Origin: Lentisphaeria bacterium UBA4640
GTDB taxonomy: Bacteria; Verrucomicrobiota; Lentisphaeria; Victivallales; UBA1829
Direction: 5' to 3'
NCBI GenBank assembly: GCA_002405835.1
Contig: DHMO01000053.1
Location: 50,273-114,272 of the forward strand
Length of the DNA: 64,000 bases
Below, piece by piece: positions 56,244 to 64,000 of the stretch. Position numbers and translations under genes: made by a program. Numbering within the stretch: position 1 is the stretch's first letter; each line of letters starts with the position of its first letter. The notes below the pieces were generated by a model. It saw only the letters and a program-made list of their open reading frames with translations. It had not been told where the DNA came from and ran no database searches.

Positions 56244-57383
56244 ATGGAAAAGAACCTTCAGATCCGAAAAGAATTAGTCTCATCCTGTAAACGAATTGTC
56301 ATCAAAGCCGGAACCCGTCTGCTGACCGATCCGGAAGCTCTTGCGCTTCTGATCCGCCAAATCAAAATGCTCCGTGATTCCGGAATACAGGTTCTTTTTG
56401 TCTCATCCGGCGCAGTCGGAACGGGAATGCGCACACTCGGACTCAAGAAACGTCCGCGCAAACTCTCGGAAGTCCAGGCTCTCGCCGCAATCGGTCAGAT
56501 CCGTCTCATGTCGGTGTACGAAGCCGAATGTGAACGCCTCGGCTTCCACGCCGCGCAGATTCTGCTTACGGCGGACGACCTCCGTTCGCGCGAGCGTCAT
56601 CTGAATGCGCTCAACTGTATTGAAGCTCTTCTCGCGCAGGATATTCTGCCGATCATCAATGAAAACGACCCCATTTCCGTTGATGAACTGAAATTCGGCG
56701 ACAACGATATTCTCGCCGCCCTCCTCGCCTCCATGACCCGCTCCGACCTCGCAATCATCCTGACGACCGTCGACGGTCTCATGCGTCCGAATCCCGACGG
56801 CTCGCTTGGAGAACGCATCTCGCTGGTCCAGGGGGTAACCGATGAACAGCGGAATATGGCAAATGGAACCGACGACGCCAGCATGTCGATCGGCGGCATG
56901 AAATCCAAGCTCCGCTGTGCGGATATTCTCAACTCCGCAGGTGAATGCCTCTGGATCGCCTGCGGAAAAGATCCGCATGTCATCGAAAAAATCTTCCGCG
57001 GTGAAGATATCGGAACGGTTTTCATTCCGCGTCACCGCACAAAAGTGGAATCGCGCAAACGCTGGATTGCGACCTTCGCGAAAACTTCCGGCAAAATCAT
57101 CATCGACTCCGGCGCGGAACATGCTCTTGAAACCCACGGAAGCAGTCTGCTGCCCGCCGGCATGAAGTTCGTTCAGGGAACATTCAAGCGCGGAAGCGTC
57201 GTTGAAATCTGCTCGCTGAACGGGGAAACCATTGGCAAGGGACTTGTCAACTTCTCCTCCGAAGACTGCATGAAACTGATCGGCTGCCAGAGCACGAAAA
57301 TTCACGACATTCTCCGCTGCGACGCCGACCATGAAATCATTCACCGCAACAATATGGCGATCCTCAAGGACGCGCAGGAATAA
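56244..57383 (+). CDS. proB: Glutamate 5-kinase (with PUA domain)
   Basis: RIVIKAGTRLLTD, VSSGAVGTGM, PIINENDPIS and FGDNDILAA. C-terminal PUA-like domain. Confidence 0.92.
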   Translation: MEKNLQIRKELVSSCKRIVIKAGTRLLTDPEALALLIRQIKMLRDSGIQVLFVSSGAVGTGMRTLGLKKRPRKLSEVQALAAIGQIRLMSVYEAECERLGFHAAQILLTADDLRSRERHLNALNCIEALLAQDILPIINENDPISVDELKFGDNDILAALLASMTRSDLAIILTTVDGLMRPNPDGSLGERISLVQGVTDEQRNMANGTDDASMSIGGMKSKLRCADILNSAGECLWIACGKDPHVIEKIFRGEDIGTVFIPRHRTKVESRKRWIATFAKTSGKIIIDSGAEHALETHGSSLLPAGMKFVQGTFKRGSVVEICSLNGETIGKGLVNFSSEDCMKLIGCQSTKIHDILRCDADHEIIHRNNMAILKDAQE

Positions 57384-57386
57384 TCC

Positions 57387-58718
57387 ATGAACGTTTACAT
57401 CAAAACCTACGGCTGCCAGATGAACGAGCGCGACAGCGATGCCGCCGCCGCAATGCTCGCCGCCGACGGACATAACATCGTGCAGACCGAAGAGGCTGCC
57501 GATCTCATCATTCTGAACACCTGCAGCGTGCGCGATCAGGCGGAACGCAAAGCCATCGGCAAACTCGGCATTCTGAAGCGACTGAAAGAGGATCATCCGA
57601 ATCTTCTTTTCGGCATCATGGGCTGTATGGCGCAGAGCCGCGGAACGGAACTGCTGAAAGCGATTCCGCATCTCAATTTCGCTGTCGGAACCGATAAAAT
57701 TCACGAGCTTCCGGAAATCGTTTCGGAACTGGCGAAAAAGCATAAAATCGAATCCACCGGACATGACAACCTCAGCGATGTCGACGGCATTGATGCGCAC
57801 ACGGTCAAGCACGGATTTTCAGATTTCATTTCGATCATGCGCGGCTGCAACCGCTTCTGCACTTACTGCATCGTTCCATACGCACGCGGACGCGAGCGCA
57901 GCCGTTCTCCGGAAGGGATTATTGAGGAAGCGCGCAAACTGGCGGAATCCGGAGTGAAGGAAATCATGCTCCTCGGACAGAATGTCGCCGCATACGGCAT
58001 CGACGGAATCCAATTTCCCGACGATGTTTCCCCGTTCGCCGATCTGCTGGAATCGCTGGCAAAAATCGAGGGAATCAAGCGCATCCGCTTCACCTCCCCT
58101 CACCCCGCATTTTTCAACACGCGTCTGATTGATGCAATTGCAAACACACCGAAAGTCTGCAACAGCGTTCATCTTCCGCTGCAGTCCGGCTCGAACCGCA
58201 TCCTGAAGGCGATGAACCGCCCGTATACGGCGGAACAGTACATGCACATCGTCAATGAGCTGAAACGCAAATGCGGAGAAATTGCATTCTCCACTGACAT
58301 CATCGTCGGCTTCCCCGGAGAGACCGATGAAGATTTCGAAGAAACACGCCGCATTCTGAATGAAGTCGGTTACGACAACGCCTATATTTTCAAGTACTCC
58401 CCGCGCAAAGGCACCAAAGCTGCCGAGCTGCTGACCGATGATGTTCCGCAATCCGTCAAGGAAGAACGCAATCAGATTCTGCTTGCCGACCTTGCCAAAA
58501 CCTCCGAGCGTGCAAACGACAAATTTGTTGGACGGACACTGGAAGTTCTCGCGGAAGGCGTCAGCAAACGCAACTCCGCACGCTGGTGCGGACGCACGGA
58601 GCTGAGCAAGCTCGTCGTGTTCGAACCGGATGATGCAATCAGACCGGGCGACCTTGTGCAAGTGCACATCAAACACGCGACCGCCATGACGCTCTTCGGC
58701 GATCTGGTACGCGGCTGA
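57387..58718 (+). CDS. miaB: tRNA-i6A37 methylthiotransferase
   Basis: MNVYIKTYGCQMNERDS (UPF0004 domain), radical-SAM CNRFCTYC, and a C-terminal TRAM domain. Confidence 0.92.
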   Translation: MNVYIKTYGCQMNERDSDAAAAMLAADGHNIVQTEEAADLIILNTCSVRDQAERKAIGKLGILKRLKEDHPNLLFGIMGCMAQSRGTELLKAIPHLNFAVGTDKIHELPEIVSELAKKHKIESTGHDNLSDVDGIDAHTVKHGFSDFISIMRGCNRFCTYCIVPYARGRERSRSPEGIIEEARKLAESGVKEIMLLGQNVAAYGIDGIQFPDDVSPFADLLESLAKIEGIKRIRFTSPHPAFFNTRLIDAIANTPKVCNSVHLPLQSGSNRILKAMNRPYTAEQYMHIVNELKRKCGEIAFSTDIIVGFPGETDEDFEETRRILNEVGYDNAYIFKYSPRKGTKAAELLTDDVPQSVKEERNQILLADLAKTSERANDKFVGRTLEVLAEGVSKRNSARWCGRTELSKLVVFEPDDAIRPGDLVQVHIKHATAMTLFGDLVRG

Positions 58719-59761
58719 TGGATTCCGCCCCCGCCATATCCGTTCTCTTTCCGGTCTACAATACGGAAAAGTATCTGGCGGAAGCTCTGGATTCTCTCGA
58801 AGCGCAGACCTTCCGGAACTTTGAAATCATTGCCGTCAACGACGGCTCAACCGACCGATCCGGAGAGATTCTGCGGGATTATGCGGCGCGCTTTCCGAAT
58901 ATCCGGCTGATTGAACAGCCGAATTGCGGCAAGCCGGCGGCACTGAATGCCGGACTCGACCTGGCTTCCGGTGACTGGATCGCGATCATGGATTCCGATG
59001 ACGCCGCCGCGCCGGAATATCTTGCGCATCTCTACGCCTCAGCGCAGGAAACCGGAGCGGATCTGGTTTCCTGCGGCTATGAACTTATCTATCCGGAATG
59101 CCGGATTCTGCGCGATTCCCGCTGGGCATGTGCTGCACCGCACTCGCTCGCAGAATTTCCGGAACTGCTTTTCCTGGACAATACGAACTGGAACAAACTC
59201 TACCGGATGCAGATGCTGAAAAAGTACAATATCCGCTTTGACCGGGAGTTGAAAATGGCGGAAGACCTGCCGTTTTTCTTTCAGACTCTTCTTGCGGCGA
59301 ACCGGATTGCCGTCATCCCGCAGCCGCTTTACTTTTACCGTCAGGAGCGCGAAGGACAGCTCTCCGCCATTGATGACGTGCGCTGTTTCTCGGTTTTCCG
59401 CGCATTCGGAGATACAAACCGTTTCATTGAAGAACACGGCTTCGATTACATCCGCCCCTGGCTGCTTCATTCTGCACTGAGCCTTTTTGCCTACATGTAT
59501 GAACGCGCAAAGCCGGAATTCCGGGAAGAGTTCTTCGGGAAAATGAACGCTTATTTTCATTCCATCGGCTGCACGCCGCACACAAAGATTCCGCCGGGCC
59601 CGTGGCGCGGAGCATCGGCACCCGATAAAGTCCGCTGGGGAATGCTCCGCATTCTGCACCCGCTGTCGCTCCGCGCAATTTTGCGGAACGACAGAACGGC
59701 TTACGACAGGCTTATCGCATTCCGTCTTTTCCTGCTGAATCTTTTCCGCAAGCTCAGCTGA
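58718..59761 (+). CDS. Glycosyltransferase family 2
   Basis: ISVLFPVYNTEKYLAEALDSLEAQTFRNFEIIAVNDGSTDRS and IAIMDSDD (DxD). The ATG overlaps the miaB TGA. Confidence 0.85.
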   Translation: MDSAPAISVLFPVYNTEKYLAEALDSLEAQTFRNFEIIAVNDGSTDRSGEILRDYAARFPNIRLIEQPNCGKPAALNAGLDLASGDWIAIMDSDDAAAPEYLAHLYASAQETGADLVSCGYELIYPECRILRDSRWACAAPHSLAEFPELLFLDNTNWNKLYRMQMLKKYNIRFDRELKMAEDLPFFFQTLLAANRIAVIPQPLYFYRQEREGQLSAIDDVRCFSVFRAFGDTNRFIEEHGFDYIRPWLLHSALSLFAYMYERAKPEFREEFFGKMNAYFHSIGCTPHTKIPPGPWRGASAPDKVRWGMLRILHPLSLRAILRNDRTAYDRLIAFRLFLLNLFRKLS

Positions 59762-60644
59762 GACCGCAAAGGCGCCGCGAACGTTTCCGGAAACCGAGCG
59801 GAGTTTCCCCCGTAAACTTGCGGAACGAGAAACAGAACCACGCGCTGCCCTGATAATGAAGCAGTTCCGCGATTTCCCAAATCGGTGTTGAAGTTTCCGC
59901 CAGCAGTCGCTTTGCCTCCATCATCCGCAATTCAAAAAGAAACTGCGCGGGCGGCGGATACCCCGACTTCTCCCAGTGCCGCGAAAAGGTTCGCCGCGAA
60001 AAACCGTGTGCGCGCGCAAGTTCGTCAAAATCAATTTCCTGCATGCAGTTCAAGCGCAGATACGATGCAATCCTCCGGATTTTTTCATCGGCTTCCGCAA
60101 GCGGCGTCTGATTCAGTTTACGGGCAAGAAGAAGTTCGCGAATAATCTGAAAACAGAGCATGTCAATCCGGTCGACGACACCGAACTCTTCCGAATGACG
60201 CGCGAGCTCCTGAAGCTGCATGAACAGCGCGTTGAATGCGGCTGATTTCGGCATCGGGCAGAGACTGAACTCATCTTCCACGCCGAGCACCCGTATTGCA
60301 TCCGCATATTTCCGGTCATAGGTGAAGTAAATTCCCGTGTTCAATCTGCCTTCCGTGACCACATGATATTCGTCCGGACGTTTGATGAAAATATATGGAT
60401 AGCGGCAGACATATTCCCGTCCGTCCACCACACGGCGGCAAACCTCCGTATCGCCGCCGAAACAGCAGCAGAACTGCAGGCTGACCACAAGCTGAGTTGG
60501 CATGTAGGGGAAGGAAACATGGTGCGCAAGCGAGCGTACCGGAAGAACCTGCGGATTCTCCAGCACTCGGCGTTTGTCTTCAAAATTCAAATTGAACGGT
60601 ACAGGCATAATCCATAGTATACAGCTGAAAGAGGAAAAAGTCAA
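59754..60644 (-). CDS. AraC-family transcriptional regulator
   Basis: C-terminal AraC HTH (IASYLRLNCMQEIDFDELARAHGFSRRTFSRHWEK..., WEIAELLHYQGSAWFCFSFRKFTGETP). It is divergent from a GH36 gene. An alternative start, MPVPF, lies at 60608. Confidence 0.8.
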   Translation of the reverse strand: MTFSSFSCILWIMPVPFNLNFEDKRRVLENPQVLPVRSLAHHVSFPYMPTQLVVSLQFCCCFGGDTEVCRRVVDGREYVCRYPYIFIKRPDEYHVVTEGRLNTGIYFTYDRKYADAIRVLGVEDEFSLCPMPKSAAFNALFMQLQELARHSEEFGVVDRIDMLCFQIIRELLLARKLNQTPLAEADEKIRRIASYLRLNCMQEIDFDELARAHGFSRRTFSRHWEKSGYPPPAQFLFELRMMEAKRLLAETSTPIWEIAELLHYQGSAWFCFSFRKFTGETPLGFRKRSRRLCGLS

Positions 60645-60743
60645 GTGACCAAAAAACGATATTTATTTGTCCGGGCAAACTATAGACAAAAGTTTATTTT
60701 TATGCTATATTTATAAAGAAAAATCAACATAAGGAGCAAAGCA

Positions 60744-62861
60744 ATGCCTTTTCAGATTGACACGGAAAAGAAAATTTTTCTTTCAAGCACCGGCAATATG
60801 TCATATGCGTTCGCAATCAGGGAAAACGGAGTTCCCGTAAACCTGCACTGGGGCGGACGGATCGACCGTCTCGCAGACTTGACCGATGAATCCGAAATCT
60901 CCTGGTTCCGCATCAGTCATTACAACTGGCGCGCAAAATCCAGTCGGCTGGAATTTCCGGCATATGCCCCGCAGCACCATTATGAACCGTGCCTGAAGCT
61001 CTCTTCGCCCGACCGGGCGCTGGAGCTGAAGTATGAGTCGTACAGCCTTGAAAACGAAAATCATCTGACCATCACTCTCCGCGAAACCGGATGCGGGCTG
61101 ATCGTCAAGCTCCACTATGAACTGTTTCCGGAATTTGATCTGCTTCAGCGTCACGCCGAACTCATCAATGAAAGCGAAGAGGATATCCGTGTGGAAAATC
61201 TTTTTTCCGCCGTCTGGAATCTTCCGCGAGGAGAAGCACCGCGCCTGACTACGCTTCAGGGCGGATGGGGACAGGAATACCAGGTTCACCGCACAACGCT
61301 TGATCAGGGCGAACACATTCTTGAAAGCCGGACCGGACTCAGCGGACACGCCACAGTTCCGTTCTTCGCATTCGATGCGGGAAACGCAGATGAAAAGTCC
61401 GGCGACGTCTATTTCGGAACGCTCCTCTGGAGCGGAAGCTGGAAGTTCATTTTTGAACGCGACATCTATGCCGAAAACCGCGTTTCCGGCGGGTTGAACA
61501 ACTTCGATTTTGCTCTCACCCTCCCCCCGGGCGGACGCTTCGCCGCCCCGCGTTTCCTCGGGGGATTCTCGCGCCGCGGATTCGGCGAAATGACCCGGCT
61601 CATTCACCGCTTCAGCGCAAAACACCTCTATCCGGAAAGTATGCGCAACCGCGTCATGCCGGTCGTTTTCAACACTTACTCCTGCATCCGCGGAGCGGAA
61701 GTGACCGAACAGAACGTTCTCGATCTCATTCCGCGCGCGGCGGACGTCGGTTGCGAACTATTCATTATCGACGCCGGCTGGCAGCAGAGCATGGGCGACT
61801 GGATCATTCATCCGGAAAAGTTTCCCGGCGGATTTCGCAAAATCATAGAATCCGTCCGCGCACACGGTATGGAGTTCGGAATCTGGGTTGAGTTCGAGCG
61901 TGTTGATTCCGCAAGCCGTGTCTACCGGGAACATCCGGAATGGCTGATTGACCGCGAAAACTACACACTTCTCAATTTTGCCCGGCGCGATGTTCTGGAA
62001 TACATCCACGGAGTTCTCCGCAAGCTGCTGAAAGAGAACGAGATTATCTATTTCAAAATGGATCTGAACCGCTATCTGGAAATCCCGAAGGTTGAAAAAC
62101 GGCGCGAAATGCGGACTCAGTACATGCTGAACTTCTATGAACTGATGCGGCGTCTGACTGCAGAGTTTCCGCATGTCTTTTTCGAAAATTGTGCGAGCGG
62201 AAGCGGACGCGGCGATCTGGAGATGGACCGTTACTTTGCCCGCGTCAACCGGAGCGACAATCAGGACACTTTGGACATTCTGAACATTCAGGAAGGTTTC
62301 ACCTATCTGCATTTCCCGAAGATGGCGGGCGGCGGATGCCAGATCAGCAAAAGCTATTCCTATTTCTTCAATCACCGCGAAATTCCGCTCCGCTTTATGG
62401 CGCACGCCGCGCTGATGGGCTGGCCGTCGCTCGGAATTCCGCTCAACAAAAGCTCGCCGGAAGAGATTGCAGAATGCAAAGGCTATTTGGATCTGAACCG
62501 CAGAATCCGCCACATCGTGGCGTTCGGCGAACTCTACCGTATTGCTTCGCACCTTCAGAAACGCTATGCGGCGTTTGAGTATGTGCTTCCGGACCGTTCG
62601 GAAGCTCTTGTTTTTGTTTTTGCACATGGACTCCAGTTTGCGGAACAGCTCCCGAACCTTCATCTGGAAGGTCTTGACCCGGAAGCGGTTTATGAAATTG
62701 TGCGCTACGCCCGCCATGATTCGGAGCGCGACAATTTCTGTTCCGTTCCGGAGCCGGAGCCGCATCCGATGTCCGGACGCGGGCTCGCCGATCTCGGGCT
62801 CCGTGTCGGACTCGACGGGGATTTCGACAGCCGAATCTTTCACCTGAAAAAAATTAAATAA
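60744..62861 (+). CDS. Alpha-galactosidase, GH36 family
   Basis: FIIDAGWQ...MGDW, IYFKMDLN (KxD) and FENCASGSGRGD (CxSGGGR-like) are typical GH36 blocks. The 705-aa length fits. Confidence 0.88.
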   Translation: MPFQIDTEKKIFLSSTGNMSYAFAIRENGVPVNLHWGGRIDRLADLTDESEISWFRISHYNWRAKSSRLEFPAYAPQHHYEPCLKLSSPDRALELKYESYSLENENHLTITLRETGCGLIVKLHYELFPEFDLLQRHAELINESEEDIRVENLFSAVWNLPRGEAPRLTTLQGGWGQEYQVHRTTLDQGEHILESRTGLSGHATVPFFAFDAGNADEKSGDVYFGTLLWSGSWKFIFERDIYAENRVSGGLNNFDFALTLPPGGRFAAPRFLGGFSRRGFGEMTRLIHRFSAKHLYPESMRNRVMPVVFNTYSCIRGAEVTEQNVLDLIPRAADVGCELFIIDAGWQQSMGDWIIHPEKFPGGFRKIIESVRAHGMEFGIWVEFERVDSASRVYREHPEWLIDRENYTLLNFARRDVLEYIHGVLRKLLKENEIIYFKMDLNRYLEIPKVEKRREMRTQYMLNFYELMRRLTAEFPHVFFENCASGSGRGDLEMDRYFARVNRSDNQDTLDILNIQEGFTYLHFPKMAGGGCQISKSYSYFFNHREIPLRFMAHAALMGWPSLGIPLNKSSPEEIAECKGYLDLNRRIRHIVAFGELYRIASHLQKRYAAFEYVLPDRSEALVFVFAHGLQFAEQLPNLHLEGLDPEAVYEIVRYARHDSERDNFCSVPEPEPHPMSGRGLADLGLRVGLDGDFDSRIFHLKKIK

Positions 62862-62951
62862 GGTGTTGATTTCAACTTTGCAGCAACAGTCGAAACAGTT
62901 GAACCGGCCGGAAACTGATAACACAACTTTGTTCCAAAGGGAAACAAAACG

Positions 62952-63707
62952 TCAGTCGCGTCCCTTGCCGATGTTGGCGAGGAAAGAGCGGGTGCGTTCA
63001 TTCTGCGGATTGTCGATCAGCTGATCCGCGCGCCCCTGCTCCACAATGACGCCGTCCGCCATGAAAACGATGCGGTCGGATACATTGCGGGCGAAATTGA
63101 TTTCATGAGTCACAATCACCATGGTCATATGTTCTTCGGCAAGCTGGCGGATCACCTTCAGAATCTCCGCGGTAAGCTCCGGATCAAGCGCGGAAGTCGG
63201 TTCATCGAAGAAGAGAATATCCGGATTCATAGCAAGGGCACGGGCAATCGCGACGCGCTGCTGTTGTCCGCCGGAAAGCTGATACGGATACGCGTCTTCG
63301 CGTCCCTCAAGTCCGATTTTGCGCAACAGCAGTTTTGCCTCCTCAATCACCTCCGCCTTGTTGCGGTTCTGCACGCAAACCGGAGCGTCGATGATGTTTT
63401 TCAACACCGAATAATGCGGAAAAAGATTGAAACTCTGGAAGACGAGACCGAAGCGGTTCCGCGCCAGTTTCAAAACGGATTTTCCTGCATACATTCCATT
63501 GCTGAGAATACAGAGATTTTCGTATGAAATCGTTCCGGAATCCGCGGTTTCAAGCATGGTCGCACAGCGGAGCAGAGTCGATTTTCCCGAACCGGAAGGA
63601 CCGATGATCGAAACAACCTCCCCTTTCCGGACCGAAAAGGAAATGTCCCGCAATACATTCAGCGGACCGAAACTCTTGGAAAGATGCGAGATACTGAGAA
63701 TATCCAT
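62952..63707 (-). CDS. Amino-acid ABC transporter ATP-binding protein (GlnQ/polar amino acid type)
   Basis: Walker A GPSGSGKST, signature LSGGQQQRVAIARAL, Walker B ILFFDEPTSALD. Confidence 0.92.
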   Translation of the reverse strand: MDILSISHLSKSFGPLNVLRDISFSVRKGEVVSIIGPSGSGKSTLLRCATMLETADSGTISYENLCILSNGMYAGKSVLKLARNRFGLVFQSFNLFPHYSVLKNIIDAPVCVQNRNKAEVIEEAKLLLRKIGLEGREDAYPYQLSGGQQQRVAIARALAMNPDILFFDEPTSALDPELTAEILKVIRQLAEEHMTMVIVTHEINFARNVSDRIVFMADGVIVEQGRADQLIDNPQNERTRSFLANIGKGRD

Positions 63708-63716
63708 AGCTTCACC

Positions 63717-64000
63717 TCACCGGTAATAGTTGAGCCGTTTTTCGAGCAGCCCCATTCCGGCGGCGACAACGAAATTGAAAATGTAATAGAATACGCCGGC
63801 CACGACAAACGGAACCATCGTCGTGTGCGCGCTGGAAATCTGTTTGGCAATTGTGAACATTTCCAGAACCGAAAGCGAAAAGGCGAGCGACGTGTCTTTC
63901 ACAAGCGTGATTACCTCGTTCGTCACCGGCGGAATGATCCGCTTGATCACCTGCGGCAGAATGATCTTGAAGAACGTCTGCGGTGCGGAATAGCCGAGCA
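63717..64000 (-). CDS. Amino-acid ABC transporter permease (3' part; gene continues past the window end)
   Basis: ...FFKIILPQVIKRIIPPVTNEVITLVKDTSLAFSLSVLE is the conserved HisM/GlnP-type EAA region. The frame stays open to position 64000, so the GTG at 63950 in the track is not the start. Confidence 0.82.
   Translation of the reverse strand, partial: LGYSAPQTFFKIILPQVIKRIIPPVTNEVITLVKDTSLAFSLSVLEMFTIAKQISSAHTTMVPFVVAGVFYYIFNFVVAAGMGLLEKRLNYYR

Noticed and set aside
1-64000. Whole-window scan for CRISPR arrays, rRNA genes, IS elements, integrases, toxin-antitoxin pairs and known defence-system signatures.
   Set aside because: I saw no regularly spaced 25-40-bp direct repeats. I recognised no transposase, integrase or recombinase motifs, and none of the usual anti-phage defence gene families (restriction-modification, CBASS, retrons and the like). 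A UvrD-type helicase-nuclease pair is present at 32028-38191, but I read it as an AddAB-like DNA-repair machine, not a defence module. All intergenic regions are short except those described.

Overview
This 64-kb window is a gene-dense chromosomal segment. Hand counts of sample lines give roughly 50-65% G+C, and nearly all of it is coding. The gene content points to an anaerobic, glycan-degrading bacterium. The taxonomic guess (inference only) is the PVC superphylum (Lentisphaerota, Kiritimatiellota or Verrucomicrobiota-like). That guess rests on an H-X9-DG/DUF1559 pseudopilin-like protein, several glycoside hydrolases (GH2-like, GH29, two GH36/clan-D alpha-galactosidase-like), anaerobic ribonucleotide reductase nrdDG, a 2-oxoacid:ferredoxin oxidoreductase and the [FeFe]-hydrogenase maturase HydF. 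Housekeeping blocks are clear: tig-clpP-clpX, ftsH, proB-miaB, gdhA, rnr, rpe, coaD, an AddAB-like helicase/nuclease pair and an ArsR + P1B-ATPase metal efflux pair. There is one tRNA, tRNA-Arg(CCT). I found no rRNA, CRISPR array, integrase, transposase or recognisable defence system. Many long antisense ORFs in the track are shadow ORFs of the real genes. The most interesting items are: (1) a tightly packed same-strand cluster, mcsA-mcsB (protein arginine kinase) -> histidine kinase with a VUT/DUF165 (YhhQ-like) permease-type sensor -> 5'-nucleotidase -> two unknown secreted proteins; (2) a single-polypeptide fusion of a TIGR01212 (YhcC/YtqA-type) radical-SAM domain with an MnmC-type tRNA methyltransferase domain; (3) two single-gene low-GC islets (about 33-40% G+C in sampled lines), each encoding a secreted hydrolase, one of them abutting the 3' end of the tRNA; (4) candidate regulatory DNA (NrdR-like boxes, an ArsR-type palindrome, and a tandem 11-mer plus ACTGTA-N8-TACAGT palindrome in the gdhA leader). 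All family assignments come from motif recognition by eye. No database search was run.
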